DNA from: a virus
Lineage: Duplodnaviria > Caudoviricetes
Length of the DNA: 56,260 nt
IMG/VR virus record: IMGVR_UViG_3300042564_007410
Location: 1-56,260 of that record
Reading direction: 5' to 3' (one strand)
Positions 34,737-43,871 of the stretch are shown piece after piece. A model generated the notes under the pieces. That model saw nothing but the letters and a program-made list of their open reading frames with translations. It searched no databases and had not been told where the DNA came from. Position 1 is the stretch's first letter, and each line of letters starts with the position of its first letter. A program made the position numbers and the translations under genes.

Positions 34737-35597
34737 ATGGTAACGTATCAAGCCAAGAATTTTGCAAAAGTATATAAAGACTCATTATTTGATCTTATCA
34801 GGAATCCTGAGTATACTACTCAACCTAGAGATATGAAAATTAATGAAATGACTAATATTTCTCTAGTTATTGAAAATCCTCTTTCGTGTCTATATGAAAA
34901 TACTTTTAGATCATCTCAATTAAAATATATTGCTGCTGAGTTTTTATGGTACTTTATGGGTCGAAATGATGTTGAATGGATTTCAAAATATGCTAAATTT
35001 TGGGAATCTATCCAAAATGAAGATGGTACAGTAAACTCATCATATGGAAACCTTCTCTTTAATACTAAGAATGAGCATGGGTTAACTCAATATGAATGGG
35101 CATTAGAATCATTACTTATAGATAAAGATTCACGACAGGCTGTCCTGCACTTTAATTTACCTATTCATCAAAATCATGGAAACAAGGATTTTGTATGTAC
35201 AATGTATGGAATTTTTCAAATTAGAGATAATAAGTTAAACTTCACAGTAAATATGAGAAGTAATGATGTTATTCTTGGTCTACCGACTGATGTTGCATTT
35301 TTTGCTACTCTACAATCTCAAATGTTAAATCATTTAAAATCTGCAAAATATCCTGACCTAGAGCTAGGGACATATACACATATTGTAAATTCTTTTCATA
35401 TTTATGAGAGACATTTTGATATTGCAAAACGTATGTTGAGTACTAGATTTAAACCAGTAGCTATACCAAAGGTTAAAAAAGACTTAGTTAATACTATTGG
35501 CGAACCTACTCAATCCCTTTTTGAATTATTTAGTAATACGAGTATTCAACAAGAGGATCCCCTATTTAATTGGATTCAAACAAATATAAACCTATGA
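34737..35597 (+). CDS. Thymidylate synthase-fold enzyme, dCMP hydroxymethylase (gp42)-like
   Basis: EFLWY, VNSSYG, DSRQA, DFVCT, MRSNDVILGLPTD, SFHIYERHF. Confidence 0.75.
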   Translation: MVTYQAKNFAKVYKDSLFDLIRNPEYTTQPRDMKINEMTNISLVIENPLSCLYENTFRSSQLKYIAAEFLWYFMGRNDVEWISKYAKFWESIQNEDGTVNSSYGNLLFNTKNEHGLTQYEWALESLLIDKDSRQAVLHFNLPIHQNHGNKDFVCTMYGIFQIRDNKLNFTVNMRSNDVILGLPTDVAFFATLQSQMLNHLKSAKYPDLELGTYTHIVNSFHIYERHFDIAKRMLSTRFKPVAIPKVKKDLVNTIGEPTQSLFELFSNTSIQQEDPLFNWIQTNINL

Positions 35598-35809
35598 AAA
35601 AGATAATAATTTCAACTATATCAACAGTTATTAAACTGTTAATTCTTTCCCTACTTTGTAATTTCGTATACGACATAAATGAATTAAATAAAGTATTTGG
35701 CCCAGCTATTTCTTATTCTCAGTGGGTTGCAATTATAGTCATAATTAATTCAATAGTTCCAAATGGTATTACTAATCCAAGCCTAAAGAATGACGACGAA
35801 AGATCTTAA
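35594..35809 (+). CDS. Small membrane protein
   Basis: Two hydrophobic segments; ATGA overlap. Confidence 0.55.
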   Translation: MKKIIISTISTVIKLLILSLLCNFVYDINELNKVFGPAISYSQWVAIIVIINSIVPNGITNPSLKNDDERS

Positions 35810-36209
35810 ATATCATATTACCTATTTAAAGATGGCTACTGAGTGGTCAAATCTTTCCTGTTGTAAACGCAAAAAAGTGGGTGCCCTAATTGTTAAGGAC
35901 GGGACTATTATTTCTGATGGATTTAATGGAACACCTAAAGGTTTTGCAAATGATTGCGAAGACGCCAATAATAATACTCATTGGTATGTTCTACATGCTG
36001 AAGCAAATGCAATGCTTAAAGTTGCAAAATCAACCCAAAGTACAGATGGAGCTTCCCTCTATGTTACCTATTCTCCTTGTAAAGAGTGCTCTAAGCTAAT
36101 TATTCAAGCTGGAATAAAATTAGTTGTCTATCGAGAAGAATATAGAGATACTTCAGGTATTAAAATTCTACGTGAAGCTGGCGTTGATATCGTAAAATTA
36201 GATGTGTAA
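35790..36209 (+). CDS. dCMP deaminase
   Basis: KVGA, GFNGTP, HAEANA, PCKEC. Confidence 0.92.
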   Translation: MTTKDLKYHITYLKMATEWSNLSCCKRKKVGALIVKDGTIISDGFNGTPKGFANDCEDANNNTHWYVLHAEANAMLKVAKSTQSTDGASLYVTYSPCKECSKLIIQAGIKLVVYREEYRDTSGIKILREAGVDIVKLDV

Positions 36210-36210
36210 T

Positions 36211-36612
36211 ATGGAAAAAAGAATAATAGATATTGTATTTGTTAGAGATTACAAAAGTTTTATCCTAGCCTTTGATAAAAAAGACAAGGGTGACTATCTC
36301 CTAAATGTAAGTAAATTAATAAAAGATAAGTTTAGTACAAAATTTATTATTCCAAATAAAGTTCAATCTTTTCTATTAAATTACGAAATTAAAAAATTAC
36401 TAGATAAGACAATTACTGTAAAAAATGAAAAGTATTCACGTATAATTTATCTTAACTCTAACCTATCAACAACAACTGTTTTAAATACTGCTGATTTTAT
36501 TAATAGTGAATATCCAGAATTTACTTTTAACTATCATCTAATTGAATCCAAAGAACTTGCTGAAATTGATATTCCAATTGATATGCCACCGCTTAACGTC
36601 CTATTTATTTAA
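36211..36612 (+). CDS. Hypothetical protein
   Basis: ORF ending just before a terminator. Confidence 0.6.
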   Translation: MEKRIIDIVFVRDYKSFILAFDKKDKGDYLLNVSKLIKDKFSTKFIIPNKVQSFLLNYEIKKLLDKTITVKNEKYSRIIYLNSNLSTTTVLNTADFINSEYPEFTFNYHLIESKELAEIDIPIDMPPLNVLFI

Positions 36613-36618
36613 CATAAA

Positions 36619-36649
36619 AAAACCTCATATTTCTATGAGGTTTCTTTTT
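36619..36649. terminator. Bidirectional intrinsic terminator
   Basis: AAACCTCATA-TTTC-TATGAGGTTT between convergent genes. Confidence 0.8.
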
Positions 36650-36663
36650 ATAATTTAACCAGT

Positions 36664-37320
36664 TTACATCATCCATTCACTATTTCCACATTCACTACAT
36701 CCACTTGGATTACCATCTGCTGAATATTCATCAGATTGATTATTTAATTTTTTTATCCATTCTGGAACTTCTCCAAATGGACTCTCCATTGGATTTGCTC
36801 CAAAGTCTTCCTCCTCTTCGTCAAAATTTCCACCCTTTTCAAAGCTTCTTAATTTATCTTCGATTTGTCTTAATCCAGACATTGTTCTATTTGAACTAGA
36901 TGCTTCTGCATATTCTTCTTCATCATCCATTCCCATTTCGTCTTCAACTTCATCATCAATTGCTTCATTAATAAATTTTTGAAAAGAAGTATATGTTTTA
37001 CCCTCTTTAAGTGGATCCATTTGAACTACTGGAATACCTGTTCTTTGATCATCATAGGTAAAAGCTTTTTTACCCTCTTGCTTGTAAACAAGATCTCCAG
37101 TCATTGCTTTATAAGTAGGATCATATACTGGATGAGAAAAAGCAGGATCGCGTTCAACCGTTCTTTGAAATCCAGCTAATCTTGGCTTAGTATTAACCAC
37201 TTTACCTTTTTCATCTTTTAATGCTAGTGCAGATTGTGGTCCACCAAATCCTGGTTTCTTAAGATCCATATAATTATCAAAATTTAGGATATCTCGACGG
37301 TGTGTATCAAACATTTCCAT
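36664..37320 (-). CDS. Hypothetical late protein with acidic C-terminus
   Basis: In the tail tube operon. Confidence 0.65.
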   Translation of the reverse strand: MEMFDTHRRDILNFDNYMDLKKPGFGGPQSALALKDEKGKVVNTKPRLAGFQRTVERDPAFSHPVYDPTYKAMTGDLVYKQEGKKAFTYDDQRTGIPVVQMDPLKEGKTYTSFQKFINEAIDDEVEDEMGMDDEEEYAEASSSNRTMSGLRQIEDKLRSFEKGGNFDEEEEDFGANPMESPFGEVPEWIKKLNNQSDEYSADGNPSGCSECGNSEWMM

Positions 37321-37340
37321 GCTCTAATTTAATTTTTTTA

Positions 37341-37916
37341 TTATACTCTAATTTCACCAATTCTAGTTTCAGTCCATTGATCTGATCTATAGGTAACTGT
37401 AACTTCATAAAGCTCCTTTGAAGTATAGTCTAATTCAATTGCTTTTAGTGCACTTGCTGGAATAATTGATGGAAACGACCATTCTCTAAAAATTTCGCTA
37501 GTTTTATTTGTTACGTGAACTGACATTGATCCAACATAGTCTCTTTTTAATCCTTGTGAACCAGTTAATGGATCGTATACAATATCATTCCATCCTCTAA
37601 GGACATTGTAGATATATGCATCGTTTTCGTTATTTAAGTTAACTGTAAATGTAAGTACAAGATCAGCAGTCGTCTTATCTGGTGTAGCTCCAGCATAAGA
37701 ACGAGTAGCAAACTTGTATTTTTGTTCAGCTAGTTCCCCTGGTGAACTGATTTCAGGTAGTCCAGATAGTTTAGTTACGTGTTCTACTAGAAGAGCTACT
37801 CCAGGTCCGCTAATTGCGGCTGGTGGTGTTAAGATAACCTCAAACTGATTTTGATATATCGGTTCGTAGAATTCTCTAGATGCTTCGGAGTTAGTCCAAT
37901 ACGGTAAACCTGCCAT
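37341..37916 (-). CDS. gp19: Tail tube protein, gp19-like
   Basis: NQFEV, RGWNDIVYDPLTG..GLKRDY, LDY, VTYRSDQW. Confidence 0.8.
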   Translation of the reverse strand: MAGLPYWTNSEASREFYEPIYQNQFEVILTPPAAISGPGVALLVEHVTKLSGLPEISSPGELAEQKYKFATRSYAGATPDKTTADLVLTFTVNLNNENDAYIYNVLRGWNDIVYDPLTGSQGLKRDYVGSMSVHVTNKTSEIFREWSFPSIIPASALKAIELDYTSKELYEVTVTYRSDQWTETRIGEIRV

Positions 37917-37936
37917 TGTATATTGATTATTTTAGT

Positions 37937-38902
37937 TTATTTATTTGTATTATTTGTTAATATTTCACCAGTACTTTCCAAATCAATATCTTCCCCTTCT
38001 TCAGGTTCAATAATTTCAGATTTAGGTGCCTCTTCAATATTAAATAGATTATCAAAATCAATATTTGATCTAATTGATACTTGTGAAGATCTGTTTGAAT
38101 AGGTATCAATTTGTACACGATCCCCACTGAAAGATAGTACAAGAGAAGGTAGGATTGTTCTAAAAATAAGCTCATTAATATTTTCAATTGGGTCGTATAC
38201 TAGGATCTCAGATATTTTATGACCTTCTGAATTATCGATCGTCAGTGATTGTGCTCCTCCAACTTTAACCTTAAAATTATCCCAACTATTAATTGCCCTA
38301 CCGTCTAGTGTATCTACCATTCCAGTTGAAAGTTTTAGGGTGACGCTAGGAGACCCTGTATCCAATCCACTAGTTGATACTTCACGTAATACTATTCGAT
38401 CTACTGTAAATCTTACTGAATAACTTGTATTTCTAAAGTACTTATCATTGATTGCTTTAATTTGAGCAGAGGTAAGTTTAGTTGTAAAGAGAACTTCATT
38501 AACTTGAGTCTCCTCTTGAGCTACATCAAGTTCTCCTTCCTGTTGTTTAGGAATATCCTGTGGCTCAGTTTCGCTAGAGGTTAATGAAATACCATCCATC
38601 TCCTTAGCATAATTAGGATTAATAATCCTTTTAATTGCTTCGCTTGCTAATTCAAATTTTCTCTTTAGTAAATTAACTTCACTTAATATAACATAAGTGA
38701 GGGTTGCATAACCCTCACTAAATTTCATATCCGGAAAAATATCTACTTGATTTAGCCAGCCTTGAATATTTTTTTGATCAAGAGCAGTTTCGCCATCAAT
38801 TATTGACCATTGAAGATCATAATTTAAGATAGCTTGAAAGATGAAACCGCCGTCTTTTGCACTAATTTCATCTGAGTATGCTCTTTCAAATAATTTATTC
38901 AT
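37937..38902 (-). CDS. Hypothetical late protein
   Basis: 321 aa in the late operon. Confidence 0.65.
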   Translation of the reverse strand: MNKLFERAYSDEISAKDGGFIFQAILNYDLQWSIIDGETALDQKNIQGWLNQVDIFPDMKFSEGYATLTYVILSEVNLLKRKFELASEAIKRIINPNYAKEMDGISLTSSETEPQDIPKQQEGELDVAQEETQVNEVLFTTKLTSAQIKAINDKYFRNTSYSVRFTVDRIVLREVSTSGLDTGSPSVTLKLSTGMVDTLDGRAINSWDNFKVKVGGAQSLTIDNSEGHKISEILVYDPIENINELIFRTILPSLVLSFSGDRVQIDTYSNRSSQVSIRSNIDFDNLFNIEEAPKSEIIEPEEGEDIDLESTGEILTNNTNK

Positions 38903-39159
38903 TAGTCGTTTTTACGGTCTCTGGTACGTTTGTAATTTTTCCAAAGCTCATTGTAAATATTACAAGATGCTCCTAGGAAGTTAATAATACCGACGAATTT
39001 TTTCTTCTCTTCACCTTCCATATTAGCAACTTTAACGCCAATTTTCTTAGCATCATTTACTGTAAGCTCTTCGTCTTCATCTTTTCCGACTAGCTTTTTA
39101 AGGTCACCCTTCTTTTCAAGTAGAGCATATTGCTCAAAGCTCGTAATTGCTCTATTCAT
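38902..39159 (-). CDS. Hypothetical late protein
   Basis: ITSFEQYALLE leader. Confidence 0.6.
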   Translation of the reverse strand: MNRAITSFEQYALLEKKGDLKKLVGKDEDEELTVNDAKKIGVKVANMEGEEKKKFVGIINFLGASCNIYNELWKNYKRTRDRKND

Positions 39160-39179
39160 TGGTTTCAGATTTTTATTAA

Positions 39180-39410
39180 TTACTTCTTACCTACAACGTT
39201 TTTATTCTTTGCAGTAGTCATGTATTGTTTAGTGTACTTGTCGATTTGAGGAGTACCTTTACCTTTAACTGGACCTTGAGCTAATTGTTGTTTAACTTTA
39301 ACAGTTCCTTTTTTATCAGTAGCTGCAACGTTAGCTTTTCCACTGTATCCTGCTGCCGCTCTATTGAATGCTGCCATAAACTGGCCGTAGTTCATAACTG
39401 GATTACTCAT
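39180..39410 (-). CDS. Small basic late protein
   Basis: AGATAAATAA at 39428-39437 upstream. Confidence 0.6.
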   Translation of the reverse strand: MSNPVMNYGQFMAAFNRAAAGYSGKANVAATDKKGTVKVKQQLAQGPVKGKGTPQIDKYTKQYMTTAKNKNVVGKK

Positions 39411-39452
39411 TAGTATTGATTTTTTTATTATTTATCTTTTTAAAGTAGGAGA

Positions 39453-39476
39453 TTTTATTGTATTATAACTATATAA
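39453..39476 (+). promoter_or_regulatory. 24-nt element identical to 41557-41580
   Basis: TTTTATTGTATTATAACTATATAA precedes both signal-peptide genes. Confidence 0.6.
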
Positions 39477-39495
39477 ACAAATTAAAAGTTTTATC

Positions 39496-40038
39496 ATGAA
39501 AACAATAGCAATAGCATTCTTTGCACTACTTTCATTCTCTTTGACTTCACAAATATATGTTGGAGTTCCTTCTAACTATTATGAAGATCTTACTCTTTCT
39601 AAATTTGCATTTAAAAAATTTAATGATTATCGTAAATCAATAAATGCAGGCTCATGGAAGTGGTCAGATAGCTCATATACTACTGCAAAAAGATGGAATT
39701 CAGCATTAGCTAAAGATGGTTTATGGGGACATTCTGACGCTAAATTATGTAGCTCTGAAATAATAGTTAGTGTAAATATAGATGCTACTCAGCCTCTTAA
39801 TTATGAGGTAATTGTTGATTCTTGTATGTTACAAATACTTAATTCAAAATATCATAGGGGAGGATTTACTGCTCCAGTTAGAACATCTTCTCAAAAATAT
39901 GCAGAAATTGAATGGGGACCAATTACCTTATCTAAAACATTATGTGATAGTGGTGCAGTTTCTGCATATATCTTAGATTATGGTCACTATAAACAAGTAA
40001 CGATTGTAATACACACAATCGTTACTCTATATAAATAA
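39496..40038 (+). CDS. Secreted protein, CAP/SCP-like domain
   Basis: Signal peptide; NDYRKS, GLWGHS, NSKYHR resemble CAP motifs. Confidence 0.55.
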   Translation: MKTIAIAFFALLSFSLTSQIYVGVPSNYYEDLTLSKFAFKKFNDYRKSINAGSWKWSDSSYTTAKRWNSALAKDGLWGHSDAKLCSSEIIVSVNIDATQPLNYEVIVDSCMLQILNSKYHRGGFTAPVRTSSQKYAEIEWGPITLSKTLCDSGAVSAYILDYGHYKQVTIVIHTIVTLYK

Positions 40039-40045
40039 GTATTAA

Positions 40046-41512
40046 TTAAAATAGATCAATATCTGCTACTCTACATTTAAAGATTGCTGCATAGTCTTTT
40101 GTGCCACCTACTGAACCAACTGTTTTTAATACTGTTATTGGATCTAGTGTAGTTGCTGAATCTGGTTTTTTAACTTTAAATGAAACTTTAATGAATCGAG
40201 CATCCTCTGCTCCTTGAGTTATTTGATAAACCTTTTTTGCTGGAGTGAATCTGTTAGCTGATAAAAAATTTGCAATTTCATCACATCTAAGTTTAGCTAA
40301 AAATGCATTACCTGAAGCCATTGGATCAGTTACAATTCCAGCTACTCCTGAACCATTAATAACCTTATCTGCTGGTAATTTAATTCCATTTAAACCGGCT
40401 GTTGCTGGCACAAATTTATCTGCTCCAGGTTGACCTTTTTCTTTCCAATAATTAATTAATGCTTGACCTTGATTAGCAGTTCCCATGTTTATTGCTTCAG
40501 TTGATGCACTCCCATATACGGTAAGTTCAACTATTTCACCAACTTTCTTAACTTTATTTAATGTTTCAAGTAACTTATTAAGAGCCTCAGCTGATGGTTT
40601 ATAATAAAGTGATTGGTATCCTGCATCAATTGGTAGAGGTTCAATAACATCTCCTACTTGTTTAATGATTTCAGGTGCAGTCGTACTTGATGTTGTTTTA
40701 CTAGTTGGTGGAGTATAGTCACCAAGTGACCAAAAATAAACATCTATCTCGTCTGCAGAACTACCGTTTTGATAAGACGCTAAATTTTTCATAACTGACG
40801 ATTTACCTGCTGAATTATCTATAAATGAGCCATTTTTAAAATCCAAATATCCATTTACCTTTGAAGTTTTATCTTTAATTATCTCTGGAGAACCATACTC
40901 ATATCCAGTTGAAGTGTCCCAACTTATTACTACGTTATTTACAAGATTATATGTATTTACATATCTACATATTTCTTCTAGATTACTATCTGATGGAGCT
41001 CCGCCGACTGTTGAATCAATACCAGAAGTAGTTATCTTACCGACTGTATTAATATTCTTAGGATTAGTTTGCGACTGATTAAATTGAAATTCCTTCCATT
41101 CAGGCTCAACGGTTGCACCAAGCTCTGTTCGGATTCGTTCGTCTATCTGATTTACGACGGTTCCCCATTTAGCTTTATCCTTTTTAACTTTTTCTATCCA
41201 ATTTCCATCTATCTTAGATTGTCTTATCCACCCTGCTCCAGCATAAAGTCTAATATAACCCAATAGAATCCAATTTGCTGCTTCATCGGCGCTTATATTA
41301 AAGAGTATTTTTTGATTAACTAAAAATGACCGAATTGTTCCAAATCCTTCAAATGAAGCAGCAGTATCTTGATTCTTAAGTAAATCAACTGCTTGTTTTT
41401 CTACCTCACTCATTTCTCTAACATATGCAGCACCTCCACTTTCATATAATTTTTTAAATTCTTGAGACTCATGTAAAGTTCTCCAACCTTTATAATTTAA
41501 TAAATACGACAT
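40046..41512 (-). CDS. Late hypothetical protein with possible OmpA-like C-terminal domain
   Basis: LTVYGSAS and GNAFLAKLRCDEIANFL. Confidence 0.55.
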   Translation of the reverse strand: MSYLLNYKGWRTLHESQEFKKLYESGGAAYVREMSEVEKQAVDLLKNQDTAASFEGFGTIRSFLVNQKILFNISADEAANWILLGYIRLYAGAGWIRQSKIDGNWIEKVKKDKAKWGTVVNQIDERIRTELGATVEPEWKEFQFNQSQTNPKNINTVGKITTSGIDSTVGGAPSDSNLEEICRYVNTYNLVNNVVISWDTSTGYEYGSPEIIKDKTSKVNGYLDFKNGSFIDNSAGKSSVMKNLASYQNGSSADEIDVYFWSLGDYTPPTSKTTSSTTAPEIIKQVGDVIEPLPIDAGYQSLYYKPSAEALNKLLETLNKVKKVGEIVELTVYGSASTEAINMGTANQGQALINYWKEKGQPGADKFVPATAGLNGIKLPADKVINGSGVAGIVTDPMASGNAFLAKLRCDEIANFLSANRFTPAKKVYQITQGAEDARFIKVSFKVKKPDSATTLDPITVLKTVGSVGGTKDYAAIFKCRVADIDLF

Positions 41513-41556
41513 AACGTAAAAATATTTTTATTTATTTATTTGTTAAAGTTCAACAT

Positions 41557-41580
41557 TTTTATTGTATTATAACTATATAA
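41557..41580 (+). promoter_or_regulatory. 24-nt element identical to 39453-39476
   Basis: Exact repeat upstream of ATG 41599. Confidence 0.6.
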
Positions 41581-41598
41581 CCACTTAATATTCTAGTC

Positions 41599-42033
41599 AT
41601 GAAAAAAGTAGCAATTCTCTTTTTAGCTTTGACAATCACAGCATTGTCTTTCTCACAAGTTGTAACTATTACTGGAAAAGATACTCGAGAGTCTTTTGGA
41701 ATATTTGATGATACTACAAATTTCATTGATATTGCAACAAATAAGTTCTATGAGTACCCATATCAAGCTCGTGAGACAAAGCAATTTAACTACCTTATTG
41801 ATTTTGAATCAAGTACTGTTAGTTTTCTTGATTTCGATTTCTCAACAATTTATGTATTGCCATTTACTGTAAGCTATAAAAATTCAGATTCTGATTTCTT
41901 AATCAAATTAGTATATGATTCAGAAGATTCTTTTGGAATATTTGTAAAAGAGAATATTGCAGCTTATTATCAAAGAAATGAAGTTGCTGCAACCTTGACT
42001 ATTTTTAATAATTGTAAAATGAGTGTCAGATGA
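41599..42033 (+). CDS. Secreted hypothetical protein
   Basis: MKKVAILFLALTITALSFSQ signal peptide. Confidence 0.65.
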   Translation: MKKVAILFLALTITALSFSQVVTITGKDTRESFGIFDDTTNFIDIATNKFYEYPYQARETKQFNYLIDFESSTVSFLDFDFSTIYVLPFTVSYKNSDSDFLIKLVYDSEDSFGIFVKENIAAYYQRNEVAATLTIFNNCKMSVR

Positions 42034-42043
42034 CACTCATTTT

Positions 42044-42640
42044 TTAATTTGAGGTATTAGTATTTTGTTGTACTGCAGGAGCTGCTTGTGTTTGAACTAA
42101 TCCGAAAAATTCTTTAAGCGGCTGACTTAAAAACTTAACATATTGCATTTCATTTTTTCCAGCAATAATCATATTTTTCTTAAATGATTCAACTGCAGTA
42201 TTGAATGCTGCTATTTCGGGATCAACTTGATATGCTGCTTTTAGTACAGCAACTGGAATTTTTGCAAAATCTGCATTTATTTGTTTAGCATAAGTTTCCA
42301 TTCTTTCTTCACCAAATACTGCTGGCATACAATATCCATTTTCTAATACTTTATCAAATTTGAATTGGCCGGTCGAGTCTGTAATTGGGGCAAGCGCAGG
42401 AAGTCCGAATCTTCCCATAACAAATGCAGTAACTGTACCTTGAATTAATGAACCTTGTGAAGTAGTTGGAACAAAAATATATTGTTTAATACTAATTGGA
42501 GTAGTTGAACCTTCTTGAATTTTAGATAGTGATTGCTCTACTAATTTTTTCCAAGTTGGATCTTTTACAAAATCCATCTCAACACCTACTTTAGATTCAA
42601 ATAATTGTTTCCATCCTTTATAGTCAAGTAATACACTCAT
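42044..42640 (-). CDS. Late hypothetical protein
   Basis: LLDYKGWKQLFES leader shared with the 41512 ORF; late motif at 42659-42668. Confidence 0.65.
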   Translation of the reverse strand: MSVLLDYKGWKQLFESKVGVEMDFVKDPTWKKLVEQSLSKIQEGSTTPISIKQYIFVPTTSQGSLIQGTVTAFVMGRFGLPALAPITDSTGQFKFDKVLENGYCMPAVFGEERMETYAKQINADFAKIPVAVLKAAYQVDPEIAAFNTAVESFKKNMIIAGKNEMQYVKFLSQPLKEFFGLVQTQAAPAVQQNTNTSN

Positions 42641-42688
42641 TGCGAATAATATTTTTTATTATTTATCTATTATTAGTATAATAATATT

Positions 42689-43483
42689 ATGCCAGAACTA
42701 GCCGAAATAAAAATAATGGCTGATTATATTAATCAGAGTATTGTTGAAGATCTTGATTTTACTACAATTGCTTATTCAGAAAGTGCAGGTAAGCGCGGTT
42801 TAGGGGTAATCCAACCTAGTGATCTTCAAATATTTAAAATCCAGGCTCAATCTAGAGGTAAGGAACTTATGCTTTCTCTAATTCAGGGAGGAGAGGAACT
42901 TATGAAAATTAGCTGTTCAATGGGCATGTCTGGTCACTGGCACCTAGCTAATCGATTTAATCCTCCCAAGCATACTCACCTAATGTTTAATGCAGTTGGT
43001 GATATTAGCCTATGCTTGGTTGATGTTCGTCGCTTTGCTCGATGGCGACTAGTTGATGATTGGTCCTCTACTCGCGGCCCATGTCCACTAATGGAACCTG
43101 CTCTATTTCGAGAAAATATCCTAGCTAATCTTCATAAGAAAGAATTCGATAAGCCGATTCATCTTGTGCTCATGAATCAATTATATTTTTCAGGAATAGG
43201 AAATTACCTCAGAGCTGAGATACTCTTCCATGCCTCACAGGATCCTTTCATAGACGCACGTACTGCCCTTACTATGAATCCATCAATTCTAGATCTTTGT
43301 GAGCAACTTCCAAAGGAAGCTTATATTCTTGGTGGAGGACAACTTAAGGATTGGGATAATCCATTTGAGGTACCTTCTGGCGGATTTAATGAATGGATTC
43401 AGTGCTATGGTAAGGCCAATCGAATAGTCGATAAGAACGGTCGAACTCTATGGTATCATACAAGTCAACTTGAAACTCTTTAA
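42689..43483 (+). CDS. Fpg/Nei family DNA glycosylase/AP lyase, NEIL1-like
   Basis: N-terminal PE, RGKEL, GMSG, DVRRF, H2TH GIGNYLRAEIL, zincless finger DKNGRTLWY. Confidence 0.88.
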   Translation: MPELAEIKIMADYINQSIVEDLDFTTIAYSESAGKRGLGVIQPSDLQIFKIQAQSRGKELMLSLIQGGEELMKISCSMGMSGHWHLANRFNPPKHTHLMFNAVGDISLCLVDVRRFARWRLVDDWSSTRGPCPLMEPALFRENILANLHKKEFDKPIHLVLMNQLYFSGIGNYLRAEILFHASQDPFIDARTALTMNPSILDLCEQLPKEAYILGGGQLKDWDNPFEVPSGGFNEWIQCYGKANRIVDKNGRTLWYHTSQLETL

Positions 43484-43509
43484 AATTTTTGAGTTTTAAT
43501 AGTGTAACC

Positions 43510-43517
43510 TATAAATA
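43510..43517 (+). promoter_or_regulatory. T4-type late promoter TATAAATA
   Basis: Exact T4 consensus just upstream of ATG 43525. Confidence 0.45.
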
Positions 43518-43524
43518 AAAAAGA

Positions 43525-43707
43525 ATGTTAAAAAAAATATTTCAATCGCGTCTTTCAAAAAGGGAACTTTTAATAATCGCTGAATGTTGTAGACAAGTTT
43601 CTGATTCAATGAGTAAGGAAAATAATAAAAGTCCCCTCTCTCCTGAAATTAGTCAAATACACCAAGATATTCAACAAATAGTTAAAAAACTGGAAAAATC
43701 TAAATGA
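43525..43707 (+). CDS. Hypothetical protein
   Basis: 60 aa; its TGA overlaps the ATG of the next ORF. Confidence 0.55.
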   Translation: MLKKIFQSRLSKRELLIIAECCRQVSDSMSKENNKSPLSPEISQIHQDIQQIVKKLEKSK

Positions 43708-43868
43708 CCGAAATCCCTCTTGAGTTTTCACCAAGACCCCAACAGGTAGAAATACTTGATTTTGTAAAATCTTCAATTAGTGAAGGTAAAAAATTTATCA
43801 TGGTTGATGCTCCGACCGGGTGTCTTACAAAAAATGAAAAAATTAGAATATATAAATTAAAAAAATGA
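43704..43868 (+). CDS. DinG/XPD-like helicase N-extein (39 aa) plus split-intein N fragment (15 aa)
   Basis: MTEIPLEFSPRPQQVEILDFVKSSISEGKKFIMVDAPTG|CLTKNEKIRIYKLKK*: Q motif, half Walker A, then intein block A. Confidence 0.88.
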   Translation: MTEIPLEFSPRPQQVEILDFVKSSISEGKKFIMVDAPTGCLTKNEKIRIYKLKK

Positions 43869-43871
43869 TTT

